The notes below the pieces were generated by a model. It was not told the origin of the DNA. It made no database searches and was given only the letters and a program-made list of their open reading frames with translations. A program made the position numbers and the translations under genes. From Gammaproteobacteria bacterium (lineage in GTDB: Bacteria > Pseudomonadota > Gammaproteobacteria > Poriferisulfidales > GCA-002705445), in assembly GCA_018675635.1 (NCBI GenBank), contig JABGXU010000008.1, positions 76,107 through 140,106 on the forward strand: DNA of 64,000 nucleotides. Direction: 5' to 3'. This document shows, piece after piece, positions 40,173-53,571 of this stretch. Position 1 is the stretch's first letter, and every line of letters starts with the position of its first letter.

Positions 40173-41285
40173 ATGAAATTAATAATAACTAAAGAAAATT
40201 TAATAAAAGCATTAAAAAAAATAATAGGGGCCGTTGATAACAAACCAACGATTCCTATTTTAAACCATATTCTTTTTAGGGTGAACGATAATCAGTGCGT
40301 GGTGATTGCTTCAGATCTTGAGGTTCAGCTTTCATCAAAAATAATATTGGAAAAAGAGTCCGAGCTCAAAGAAAATATTACGATCCCAGGAAAAAAATTA
40401 TACGACATTGGCAACGGGCTTCCAGATGACGCGATTCTTGAAATTGAAAAAATAGAAGAAGGAAAGCTTCAAATAAAATCAAGAAAAAGCAGGTTTATAT
40501 TGTCGGCACTTGACGCAAAAACATTTCCTTTGATGGAGGTTAGCGATGAAGAGTGTCAAAATTTTTCAATAAAATCAAACGAGCTGAAAGAGGTGGTAGA
40601 AAAAACATCCTTTGCTATGGCCCAGCAAGATGTTAGGTACTACCTTAATGGTTTGTTTTTTGGTTTGTCAAAAAGCGCTGTTTTCGGTGTTGCAACAGAC
40701 GGACACAGGCTGGCAAAAACAGAAATAAAAACAGAAACAAACATACAGGAAAGCACAAGCGTCATTATTCCCAGAAAAGGAATTAGTGAAATAATTAAAC
40801 AAATCGAAGACGAAAATATCGTTATGAGCGGGGTTATTTCAAAAAACCATTTAAAAATAAGCGGCAACAACACAGAAGCAATAACGAAACTTGTCGATGG
40901 AAAATTTCCAGACTATGAAAAAGTTATTCCTGCAAACTCTGACAAACGAATAGTTCTTGATTCTAAAGAGTTTAAAGAGGCCTTGGCAAGAGTGTCAATT
41001 TTGTCAAATGACAGATTTAAAGGGGTAAGGCTGAGTTTTAGCAACAATGAGCTTAAAGTTAGCGCAAACAACCCCGAGAAGGAAGAGGCGTCAGACGACA
41101 TAAAAGCGATTTATGATGGCGAAGAAATAGAAGTTGGTTTTAATGTGAATTATTTGCTGGATGTGCTGGGCGTCATAAAAACAAAAAATGTTCAAATTTT
41201 CTTAAAAGATTCAAACAGCAGCGCATTATTAATGCCAGAAAACGACGATGCTTCAAATTATGTGGTAATGCCGCTGAGATTGTAA
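40173..41285 (+). CDS. dnaN: DNA polymerase III beta sliding clamp
   Basis: 370 aa, three-domain clamp. ..ATDGHRLA.., C-terminal ..VVMPLRL. Confidence 0.97.
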   Translation: MKLIITKENLIKALKKIIGAVDNKPTIPILNHILFRVNDNQCVVIASDLEVQLSSKIILEKESELKENITIPGKKLYDIGNGLPDDAILEIEKIEEGKLQIKSRKSRFILSALDAKTFPLMEVSDEECQNFSIKSNELKEVVEKTSFAMAQQDVRYYLNGLFFGLSKSAVFGVATDGHRLAKTEIKTETNIQESTSVIIPRKGISEIIKQIEDENIVMSGVISKNHLKISGNNTEAITKLVDGKFPDYEKVIPANSDKRIVLDSKEFKEALARVSILSNDRFKGVRLSFSNNELKVSANNPEKEEASDDIKAIYDGEEIEVGFNVNYLLDVLGVIKTKNVQIFLKDSNSSALLMPENDDASNYVVMPLRL

Positions 41286-41286
41286 G

Positions 41287-44744
<3,458 letters not shown>

Positions 44745-44774
44745 AATTTTAAAAGAATAAGGCAAATAAGAAAA

Positions 44775-46814
44775 ATGAATAACAACAATACTCTTTTGAA
44801 GGCGGCGGGCTTGCCTTCATTTGCTAGGATACAAAAAAAAGATATGTATCCCGCAATAAAGCACGTAATAGATGAAAATAAAAAAATTATAAAAAAAATA
44901 GAAAATTTAAAAAATTTAACATGGAATAATTTTGTTTATATTTTAGAAGAGTCGGATGATAAAATTTCAAAAGTCTGGGCCCCCATAAGACATTTAAATT
45001 CTGTTATGAACGACCCTAAAATAAGATCGCAATATGAAAAAAGTTTAAAATTGTTAACCTCGCATTACAGTAAAATTGGGCAAAACAAAAAACTTTTTTT
45101 TCAATATGAAAGATATTTTATAGAAAATAAAAAAAAATTAAATCCTCATCAGATTAAATTAATTTCTGATACTTTAATAGGCTTTAAACTTTCAGGCGTG
45201 CACTTAGGCGCCAAAGAAAGAAAATTATTTAGAGATTGCCAAGAAAAATTAGCAAACTTTGAATCCAAGTTCGAGCAAAATATACTAGATTCTACAAATG
45301 CTTGGACGAAAAACTTTAAAACCAAAAATTCTTTAAGTGGCTTGCCAAATAATGCTTTAGAAATTGCTTCTGAAGTAGCTTCTAGTAGAGGCCAGACTGG
45401 ATATACGCTAACACTTGACCAACCAAGTTATATGGCAATTATGATGTTTGCGAATAACCAGCAATTAAGGAAAACTTTTTATTTAGCATACATGAGTAGA
45501 GCATCAAATAAATTTCCTATAAGTAGCGGATGGGACAACACAAAGCTAATTGAACAAATACTTAGTTTAAGGCAAACAATGTCAAAAATATTAGGTTATA
45601 AAAATTATGCAGAGTATTCATTGGAAACAAAAATGGCAAAATCCTCAAAAGAAGTTATAAGTTTTTTAAATAATTTAAAAATTAAAGCACTAAAAAAATC
45701 AAAAAAAGAAATGCAAGTATTAAATAATTATGCAAAGGAAAAATTAAAAATAAAAAATATAAGCCCCTGGGATCTTGCTTATGTTTCAGAAAAATATAAA
45801 GAAGAAAATTTTGGTGTTTCTCAGGAAGAGCTAAAAAAATATTTTCCTGTTGAAAATGTAATTGATGGTTTATTTAGATTAGTAAAATCACTTTATGGTA
45901 TTAACGTCAAAATTAAAAAAACCAAAGAAGTTTGGCATCCAGATGTTCGCTTATATGAAATATATGATAAAAATAAAAATTTAAGAGGGAAATTTTATCT
46001 CGATCTTTATGCAAGACAAAACAAGCGAGGCGGCGCCTGGATGGACGAGTGCACTCAAAGAAGATCCAAGCTAAACGGATCCATTCAGTTGCCAGCAGCA
46101 TTTATAACTTGTAATTCTAGCCCCCCAACAAAAAACAGCCCAGCATTTTTTACACACTATGATGTTGAAACTTTATTTCATGAATTTGGTCATGGATTGC
46201 AACACATGTTAACAAAAATTAATTACGCAGGCATTTCTGGAATTTCTGGAGTGGAGTGGGATGCTGTTGAGCTGCCAAGTCAGTTTATGGAGAATTGGTG
46301 TTGGGAAAAGGATGTTCTTGACACTTTTGCTTTTCATTACAAGACGAATAAAAAATTACCTGATGTATTGTTTAAAAAACTTCTTGCTACTAAAAATTAC
46401 AATACGGGCTTAGCGCTTTTGCGGCAAATTGAATTTTCACTCTTTGATTTTTTACTTCATATGAATGATAAAGAAAATAAATTAGGCTTAGCTGATTTAA
46501 TTTTACAAGATGTAAGAAAGGATACCGCTTTGTTGCCAGCACATAAAAACAATAAATTCCAAAATAGTTTTGCTCATATTTTTTCTGGTGGATATGCAGC
46601 TGGTTATTATAGTTATAAATGGGCAGAAGTTTTGTCCGCAGATGCGTTTATGGCTTTTAAAGAAAAAAAATTAGTTGACAGAAAAGTTGGAGAAAAATTT
46701 ATGAAAAAAATTTTAGAAACTGGAGGTTCAAAACCTGCGTTAGAACTTTTTATTGAATTTAGGGGCAGAGAGCCGAAAATAGAGCCTTTATTAGATAGCT
46801 TGGGGTTAAAATGA
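44775..46814 (+). CDS. prlC: oligopeptidase A, M3 family zinc metallopeptidase
   Basis: 679 aa. HEFGHGLQH zinc motif, ...VELPSQFMENW. Confidence 0.92.
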   Translation: MNNNNTLLKAAGLPSFARIQKKDMYPAIKHVIDENKKIIKKIENLKNLTWNNFVYILEESDDKISKVWAPIRHLNSVMNDPKIRSQYEKSLKLLTSHYSKIGQNKKLFFQYERYFIENKKKLNPHQIKLISDTLIGFKLSGVHLGAKERKLFRDCQEKLANFESKFEQNILDSTNAWTKNFKTKNSLSGLPNNALEIASEVASSRGQTGYTLTLDQPSYMAIMMFANNQQLRKTFYLAYMSRASNKFPISSGWDNTKLIEQILSLRQTMSKILGYKNYAEYSLETKMAKSSKEVISFLNNLKIKALKKSKKEMQVLNNYAKEKLKIKNISPWDLAYVSEKYKEENFGVSQEELKKYFPVENVIDGLFRLVKSLYGINVKIKKTKEVWHPDVRLYEIYDKNKNLRGKFYLDLYARQNKRGGAWMDECTQRRSKLNGSIQLPAAFITCNSSPPTKNSPAFFTHYDVETLFHEFGHGLQHMLTKINYAGISGISGVEWDAVELPSQFMENWCWEKDVLDTFAFHYKTNKKLPDVLFKKLLATKNYNTGLALLRQIEFSLFDFLLHMNDKENKLGLADLILQDVRKDTALLPAHKNNKFQNSFAHIFSGGYAAGYYSYKWAEVLSADAFMAFKEKKLVDRKVGEKFMKKILETGGSKPALELFIEFRGREPKIEPLLDSLGLK

Positions 46815-47584
46815 AAATTGCTTCTTGGAATGTTAATTCTTTAAGAGTAAGAATGCCACAAGTGCTTGACTGGTTAAAAGAAACTGATGTTGATATTTTA
46901 GGAATACAAGAAACGAAGGTTGAAGATCATTCTTTTCCACTTGATGAAATTATAAATGCTGGATTTTACTGTGATTTTATTGGTCAAAAAACTTATAATG
47001 GCGTAACAACAATTAGCAAAAAGCCTTCAACAGAATGCGTTAAGTTAATAAACGGTAAAGAGCAAGATGAAAAAAGATTTTTATTAACCAGATACGGTAA
47101 AGAGCTATCCGTTTTAAATTTGTACGTTGTAAATGGTCAGGAAGTAGATTCGGAAAAGTATAATTATAAATTATCTTGGCTAAAAAATGTAAAGAAACAC
47201 TTAAAAAATGATTTAAATAAAACTAAATATTATGTTGTTTTAGGAGATTTTAATATAGCTCCTGAGGATAATGATGTTTACGCGCCAGACGCCTGGAAAG
47301 ATAAAATATTGTGCAGCAAAAAAGAAAGAAATATATTTAAAGAATTTTTGGATTTAGGTTTCAGTGATTGCTTTAGATTATTTTCACAGGAAAAAGATCT
47401 GTATAGTTGGTGGGACTATCGTTTTGGTGCATTTAGAAGAAATCATGGCCTAAGAATAGATTTGATGCTAGCTAATAATTCCTTAAAAGAAAAATGCATC
47501 TCTAGCTTTATAGATGCTACCCCAAGAAAGAATCAGCGCCCTTCCGACCATGCTCCTGTAGTGTCGGTTTATGATATTTGTTAA
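46811..47584 (+). CDS. xthA: exodeoxyribonuclease III
   Basis: MKIASWNVNSLR start, GIQETK, GDFNIAP, SDHAPV. Confidence 0.93.
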   Translation: MKIASWNVNSLRVRMPQVLDWLKETDVDILGIQETKVEDHSFPLDEIINAGFYCDFIGQKTYNGVTTISKKPSTECVKLINGKEQDEKRFLLTRYGKELSVLNLYVVNGQEVDSEKYNYKLSWLKNVKKHLKNDLNKTKYYVVLGDFNIAPEDNDVYAPDAWKDKILCSKKERNIFKEFLDLGFSDCFRLFSQEKDLYSWWDYRFGAFRRNHGLRIDLMLANNSLKEKCISSFIDATPRKNQRPSDHAPVVSVYDIC

Positions 47585-47680
47585 GTTGGTGTCCTGTTAC
47601 AATCTGGGGTTTTCCGCTGGGTTAGACATGTTTAAAAATAATGATAATATGAATATAAGCTTAACTAATTGGTAACCAGA

Positions 47681-48310
47681 ATGAGATCAATATTAGTATT
47701 AAATTCAAAAGGTGGCTCAGGGAAAACAACTATTGCAACAAATTTAGCAAGTTTCTATGCATCAATTGGGAAATCAGTTGCTCTAGTAGATTTAGATAGC
47801 CAACAGAGCTCCATTGGCTGGCTAAAATCACGTTCATCAGCAAAACCACCGATAATTGGAATTAAAGGCCATGGGGTAAAAGTTAAAAGAGGGGTTGATT
47901 ATAAAATAATTGACGCTCCGGCAGGACTTAAGGGAGCAGAATTAACAAAAGTTTTAAATATGGCTGAAAGCGTAATTATTCCCGTTTTACCATCCCCGAT
48001 AGACATGAGAGCAGCAAGTGATTTTATTAAAAATATTAAGCAACATTCAAGGGTTGTGACAAAAAAAGCTAAGCTTGCTTTAGTTGCTAATAGAGGTAGA
48101 GATTATACCAATATATATTGGGAGCTTGATGATTTTCTAGAAAGGCAAAAAATACCTTTTTTAACAATGGTAAGGGATAGTCAAAATTATATACGAGCGG
48201 CAGAGAAAGGCCTGGGTATTTATGAGATGGGCCCCGCAATGACAGCAGTTGATAGAACTTATTTTGAGCCTATTATTGATTGGTTAAGCAGCAGAAGAAG
48301 TAAGCCTTAA
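47681..48310 (+). CDS. orphan ParA/MinD-superfamily ATPase (about 210 aa)
   Basis: Deviant Walker A NSKGGSGKTTIATNLA, DLDSQQSS, IIDAPAG. The track start at 47669 is TTG. The ATG at 47681 is preferred. Confidence 0.8.
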   Translation: MRSILVLNSKGGSGKTTIATNLASFYASIGKSVALVDLDSQQSSIGWLKSRSSAKPPIIGIKGHGVKVKRGVDYKIIDAPAGLKGAELTKVLNMAESVIIPVLPSPIDMRAASDFIKNIKQHSRVVTKKAKLALVANRGRDYTNIYWELDDFLERQKIPFLTMVRDSQNYIRAAEKGLGIYEMGPAMTAVDRTYFEPIIDWLSSRRSKP

Positions 48311-48362
48311 CCAAAGTTATTTTGTACAGCTACTTTAAATGATAGAAATTTTATATAATTAT

Positions 48363-49181
48363 TCATTTAAGAACTTCGCAACCATCTGGTGAGCAATCAA
48401 AAATCATTCTTTTAACTTTTTGAATGCAATTTACTTCGTAGATTTCTCTTTTTCCTTTTTTCTTTATTAAATTTATTTCGCTAGATTTATTACAAGAGTA
48501 TTCATCAATAAGGCTCTCAGCAACTTTCCCAACATACCTTTTCTTTTTATCGTTAATTTCGCTTACATCAATGTTATCTAAGGCAGAACCTTTTATGTCA
48601 TCAGATAGATCAGATCCTAAATTTATTTCATCTGGGTATTCCTTAATAATGCTAACATTTGTTTGTGTTTCTTCATAATCTATAATGCCGTTTCTATAAG
48701 CTAAAAGATGATTCTTTAAGTAAGAGTTAAAAGCAAAATATTCTTTATCTATAAAGCCCATGCAAGATTTTGCACATTCTGCTGTAATTTTAATTACATT
48801 ATTTTTACCACTTGGGGTGATTGTAACTTTAAAAGTTACCCAATCTTTTTTAGACTTTCTTTGGTCATAATCAGTTTCCATTAATTTGTTGGTTTTGTTT
48901 TTTATTGCCCCTGCGTAATTAGATTTTTCTGTTAACCATTCTCGCGCAGTATCCCACAATAAGTTACATTCTGTATTCGTTGCACACATTGTAAATTCTT
49001 TTGCGCCATCTTTAATTGAAAATCCTTCAAGTTCATCATCGTAGCCATCGTAACTTTTTTCTAATACTTTTTTATAGTCAGATTCATTAAGTTCTACCTC
49101 GCCAAATTCTGGCATAGAAAGGCTACATCCGATTAAAAATAATAGGGAAATTATTGAAAATATTTTAAAAATAGATTTCAT
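48363..49181 (-). CDS. Cys-rich lipoprotein, unknown function
   Basis: Internal ATG at 49181 gives MKSIFKIFSIISLLFLIGC (lipobox LIGC). The upstream part of the track ORF (TTG start) is Tyr/Phe/Asn-rich junk. 10 further Cys in the mature part. Confidence 0.6.
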   Translation of the reverse strand: MKSIFKIFSIISLLFLIGCSLSMPEFGEVELNESDYKKVLEKSYDGYDDELEGFSIKDGAKEFTMCATNTECNLLWDTAREWLTEKSNYAGAIKNKTNKLMETDYDQRKSKKDWVTFKVTITPSGKNNVIKITAECAKSCMGFIDKEYFAFNSYLKNHLLAYRNGIIDYEETQTNVSIIKEYPDEINLGSDLSDDIKGSALDNIDVSEINDKKKRYVGKVAESLIDEYSCNKSSEINLIKKKGKREIYEVNCIQKVKRMIFDCSPDGCEVLK

Positions 49182-49442
49182 CGTAAAATGATTAAAAAAA
49201 TTAAAAAAGTAATAATACATGTTTAACACATAATATAAAGGATAGTTAATAAAATATAAATTAATTAATTTCCCCAAAAGTGATTTAATTTGTTGTTTTT
49301 ATTAGATTTATTCATTAGTTAATGAATTCATATAAAATAAAAGAAATGGCATTTCTAATAAGCTAAATAAGTAAATACTTATATATGCTTGATTTCCTTC
49401 AAATTTTTAACCCTAATAACTAGTAAAAATAGGGTTTTTTTA

Positions 49443-49472
49443 TTGACTTGGTAGCTAAGAACAGTCAATATT
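49443..49472 (+). promoter_or_regulatory. candidate sigma-70 promoter for the porin gene (TTGACT-18 nt-AATATT)
   Basis: Read by eye. An alternative TTTACA-17 nt-TAATAT lies about 80 nt downstream, so the assignment is uncertain. Confidence 0.25.
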
Positions 49473-49648
49473 AGTGCATCCTGTAGTAATACAGGAAATG
49501 CCACGGACACGGAATGTCTATATTTTTACATTTTTTATTTGTAAAAATAATATAACAATAAGTGAATGGCATTTAAGTGGGGGGAAAATTTTATTTTTTT
49601 TAATTTATGTCCCTCTTAAAATAATTAAGACAATTATTAGGAGTCCTA

Positions 49649-50986
49649 ATGAAAATAAAAATCTTAGCAAGTATGCTAGCCGGAGCATTGGCCATGCTTC
49701 CTATGACTGCAAACGCAGGCTGGGGTGGTGGTGGTGTTGGACCTTACGGGGATCCAATTACAATCTACGGATGGCAAAATCATACCTTTGAAATGGTGGA
49801 AAGCGGTAACCCAACCATAGCTCTTGGCACCACAGGTGCGCAACAAGATAGAACTATGATAAATGGAAACGCTGGTAACATCGGCTTTCTTGGTTTCGTA
49901 GACACTGGAATCGAAGGTTTAAAAATGACATGGCGTTGTGAAACATTCACATACATGAACGACTATGCTGGTACAGGTGGTTGGTGTAACAGAAACTCAA
50001 AAGTAGGTATCTCAGGAGCATTTGGTGAAATTATGTATGCTAACTGGTTACTACCATACAACGAAATGGTTGCTGGTTGGGTAGATCCTTGGTATGACGC
50101 TGGTTCAGCTTCTCATACAAACATTATGGGTTCTGTTGGTGCATACACAATCTTTTATAACTTAGGAGATTTTGGTTCACAAACATTTATATCTTATAGT
50201 GCGTATGGTGGTATTTACAACCAAGGCTTTAACAGACGTCAAGAAGAAATTCTGCAATATATGGGCTCTACAGGAAAAGTTTCCTATAGAATCGCTATAA
50301 ATGCTGACTTTCAATCAGATAATACATCAGCAAGGGGTAGTGCAGTATTAGACCCTACGATTATTTCTATGGGTATCGCTTATAGTGATGGTCCTTTCTG
50401 GGGTGCTTTAACTTATCAGAAACATGATGAGTGGGCTGCTGCAACTCTAGACGGCGCAACAATGTCTGATTCAGATGCTGAATCTTACCGTATTGCTGGT
50501 CGTTACATTGCTGATTTAGGTAATGGCGCAAGCTTAACTTTAGCTGCTATGTTTGAAAATGTTGAATATACATTTGAAAACACAACTACTCCAGGTGCTG
50601 CTCTACAAGACTTCGGTTTTAGTTCAACAGTATTTGCCGGTGGTACAGCTGATCACGATGTTAGATTTGATCGTGATGCGTTCTTAGTATCTGCTAAATT
50701 TGCACCAGGTGGAAATATTGATTTCCGTGCAATGTACGCAGAAGCTGATGACCTAGATGTAGTTACACATGGTTTAAGCACAGATAACAAATCTCAAACA
50801 GGTGCTGATACTACATTATTTGGTATCTTCTACGCGTTAGGTGATGCAACTGAGCTAAACATTTCTTATATCGAAGTAGAAAACGATCTCTACGGTTCAT
50901 ATGGAACAGGTATTAGTGCTCTACATAGTGGTACTGTAAATAACCAAGTTGAAATTATCCAATTTGGTGTGTTAACAATGTTCTAA
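49649..50986 (+). CDS. outer-membrane general porin (Gram-negative porin superfamily)
   Basis: AGGAG SD. Signal peptide ..LPMTANA, Gly/Tyr/Asp/Asn-rich alternating beta-strand pattern, C-terminal ..FGVLTMF (terminal Phe). Confidence 0.8.
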   Translation: MKIKILASMLAGALAMLPMTANAGWGGGGVGPYGDPITIYGWQNHTFEMVESGNPTIALGTTGAQQDRTMINGNAGNIGFLGFVDTGIEGLKMTWRCETFTYMNDYAGTGGWCNRNSKVGISGAFGEIMYANWLLPYNEMVAGWVDPWYDAGSASHTNIMGSVGAYTIFYNLGDFGSQTFISYSAYGGIYNQGFNRRQEEILQYMGSTGKVSYRIAINADFQSDNTSARGSAVLDPTIISMGIAYSDGPFWGALTYQKHDEWAAATLDGATMSDSDAESYRIAGRYIADLGNGASLTLAAMFENVEYTFENTTTPGAALQDFGFSSTVFAGGTADHDVRFDRDAFLVSAKFAPGGNIDFRAMYAEADDLDVVTHGLSTDNKSQTGADTTLFGIFYALGDATELNISYIEVENDLYGSYGTGISALHSGTVNNQVEIIQFGVLTMF

Positions 50987-51012
50987 TATTTATATTAGAG
51001 TAGTTATAATGA

Positions 51013-51042
51013 ACAGGCGCTGTAATGGCGCCTGTTTTTTTT
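51013..51042 (+). terminator. Rho-independent terminator of the porin gene
   Basis: 8-bp stem ACAGGCGC/GCGCCTGT with a 7-nt loop, followed by T8. Confidence 0.85.
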
Positions 51043-51110
51043 ATATAAAGTTATAGTCAAAGTGCTAAGATTGTAATAGCATCTAAGCTTAAGAATAATA
51101 GGGTAAATTC

Positions 51111-52025
51111 ATGATTAAAGTGTTAAAAAATATAATTTCACCTTTTATAGGAATATTTATAATTCTTATATCTGTGCAGTTAGATGCTCAAGCAGAATGC
51201 AACAAAGATGATATTAATTATTATTTAGAAAAAGGATTTACTACAGAGCAAGTTACCGCTTTATGTAGTGAAAAGGAAGTATCTATAAATAATAATACAG
51301 AAGAAATTTATAAATCATTTAGTGACGAATACGCAGACGAACAAGATGAAGAATATATAAGAAAAATGCGGATTGAAAGGCAAGTATTTTTTAAATCAGC
51401 ACTAGGAGCGCAAAATATTAAATTAGCCAGAGATTTACTTATATTTGATTTATATGAGTGTGCTCGTGACGGATTGGCAAAGCCTGGCTCTGATTTTAAC
51501 AAGAAAGGTTGCGCTGTTGTTAAGACAACAGTTAAGCTTTCAGAAGTAGAGGTTTCTGAAAAAGAGTTTAAAGAGAAAGTGTTTTTTGGGGTTAGAAGTA
51601 TATTAGTAAAAGGAAATGTAAAAACAGAAATAATTGGCGGGATGGAAGGTTTAGATCCATATGATGCAAATGTCTTAAATAATAAAGTATTGGGAAGATT
51701 AAGTAAGCATAAAGGCGAGGCTTTAATTCCAATAAAGAAAGGTTTAAATTTTAAATATGCGTTAGATACATTTAAAGAAATAGTAGCGTTTCATAAGCAA
51801 CTCGCAAATAAAACTCTTGGAAAAGATTTGAGCGGGAAATTGGAAATCCCTGAGTTTACAAAGGAAGATAATAATTACATTACTGAAAACAAAGAAAACA
51901 AATTAAAATTTTCAAACGATGAAGATGCCAGTGATGACGGTACAATTGTTTTTGATGATATGAATAAATCAACTTCAAAAGAAAGTGCTGGCAATAATCA
52001 AATACCAGATGATGTTTTTAATTAG
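51111..52025 (+). CDS. secreted protein, unknown function
   Basis: Signal peptide ..SVQLDAQA, 304 aa, acidic C-terminal tail. No motif recognised. Confidence 0.55.
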   Translation: MIKVLKNIISPFIGIFIILISVQLDAQAECNKDDINYYLEKGFTTEQVTALCSEKEVSINNNTEEIYKSFSDEYADEQDEEYIRKMRIERQVFFKSALGAQNIKLARDLLIFDLYECARDGLAKPGSDFNKKGCAVVKTTVKLSEVEVSEKEFKEKVFFGVRSILVKGNVKTEIIGGMEGLDPYDANVLNNKVLGRLSKHKGEALIPIKKGLNFKYALDTFKEIVAFHKQLANKTLGKDLSGKLEIPEFTKEDNNYITENKENKLKFSNDEDASDDGTIVFDDMNKSTSKESAGNNQIPDDVFN

Positions 52026-53557
52026 ATTTCTTTAATCAGACTATCGCTAGTCATTTCGCTAGGTTTATTTATTCCCATTAAAGATAATAACGTGGGTGCT
52101 ATGTTTGAAAGGCCACCACCTTCCTTTACTATATTCCAATTTTTACCATTATCTATAACAATGCATGGCACAGGATTTGTTGAGTGTTGTGTATTTGGCT
52201 TGCCAGTTTTTAGGTTATATATTTCGTCAACATTTCCATGATCCGCTGTTATTAAAGTAGCAACATTTGCTCCAATTGCTTCACACACCACTTCGCCTAA
52301 AACATTATCAAGTTCTTCCATAGCCTTAACGATAGCTTCTTTGATAGCTGTATGCCCTACCATGTCGCCATTTGCAAAATTAACAACTATAAGTTTATAT
52401 TCGGTGTTTTTTATAGCGCTAATAACTTCTTCACCTACTTCGCGGCAACTCATTTCTGGTTTTAAATCATAAGTACGTACATTTGGCGATGGGACCAAGA
52501 CTCTTTTCTCCCCAATATAAGGATCTTCTCTTCCTCCATTTATAAAGTATGTCACATGAGGGTATTTTTCTGTTTCAGCGCAATGAAATTGCTTAAGTCC
52601 CATTTTACTAACTATACTTCCTATAGTTGTTTTTGGAGGAATTGTTCTAAAAGCAACAGGGCAAGATAAGTAGGGATCATACTCAGTCATTGTAGATATA
52701 GAATATGCCGTGTTGTTATTTGTTCTTATAAAATTATCAAATCTTTCAACATTCAATGCTCTTGCAATTTGCCTTGTTCTATCATTTCTAAAATTAAAAA
52801 ATAAAAGAGAGTCATTTTTTTTTAATGGTTTGGCTCCATCAAGTATAGTTGGTAATAAAAATTCATCTGAAATATTTTTTTTATATGATTTATTAATAGC
52901 ATCTTTATAGTCAGAAGCCTTTTCTCCTTTATTATTAACTATGGAGTCCCAAGCAAGCTGTGTTTTCCACCATCTTTGGTTTCTATCCATAGCATAGTAG
53001 CGCCCCGAAATAGTGTAAATTTCTCCGCCATATTTTTCTAATTCTGTGTTAAGTTTATCAAAAATATCAATAGCGGATTTTGGATCTGCATCTCTGCCGT
53101 CAGAAAAAAGATGAAGTTTCGGAGAAACACTATGCGATTTACACATTTTTAATATCGCAACTAAATGATCAATATGTGAGTGAACTCCACCAAGCGATGC
53201 CAATCCTAATAAATGCAAATCATTATCTTTATTTTTTACTGAGAGTATCGCGTTAAGTATTGCTTCATTTTTAAAAAAGCTAGAATCTTCAATAGCTTCA
53301 TTAATAATTACTAAGTCTTGCTTAAATATTCTTCCGCAGCCTATAACCATATGACCAACTTCAGAATTTCCCATTTGATGGGGAGGAAGTCCTACGCTTT
53401 CTCCAGAAGCTTCTATTACAGTTGAAGGGTAATCTTTAAGCAGCAAATCAATGTTAGGTGTATTTGCAAGAGACCAGCCATTATTTTCTCCTTTTGGGCC
53501 CACTCCTACGCCGTCAAGAATAATAAGCATGGCTCTATTGATATTTTTATTTTCCAT
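52022..53557 (-). CDS. gpmI: 2,3-bisphosphoglycerate-independent phosphoglycerate mutase
   Basis: ILDGVG, MGNSEVGH, ITADHGN. 511 aa. Confidence 0.96.
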   Translation of the reverse strand: MENKNINRAMLIILDGVGVGPKGENNGWSLANTPNIDLLLKDYPSTVIEASGESVGLPPHQMGNSEVGHMVIGCGRIFKQDLVIINEAIEDSSFFKNEAILNAILSVKNKDNDLHLLGLASLGGVHSHIDHLVAILKMCKSHSVSPKLHLFSDGRDADPKSAIDIFDKLNTELEKYGGEIYTISGRYYAMDRNQRWWKTQLAWDSIVNNKGEKASDYKDAINKSYKKNISDEFLLPTILDGAKPLKKNDSLLFFNFRNDRTRQIARALNVERFDNFIRTNNNTAYSISTMTEYDPYLSCPVAFRTIPPKTTIGSIVSKMGLKQFHCAETEKYPHVTYFINGGREDPYIGEKRVLVPSPNVRTYDLKPEMSCREVGEEVISAIKNTEYKLIVVNFANGDMVGHTAIKEAIVKAMEELDNVLGEVVCEAIGANVATLITADHGNVDEIYNLKTGKPNTQHSTNPVPCIVIDNGKNWNIVKEGGGLSNIAPTLLSLMGINKPSEMTSDSLIKEI

Positions 53558-53571
53558 AAATTTTTATAGAT

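Noticed and set aside
49474-49791. 105-aa ORF upstream of the porin gene and overlapping it.
   Set aside because: It has a non-ATG start and no SD. It runs out of frame into the porin coding region, whose own AGGAG-ATG start and signal peptide are convincing. The region is better explained as promoter and leader.
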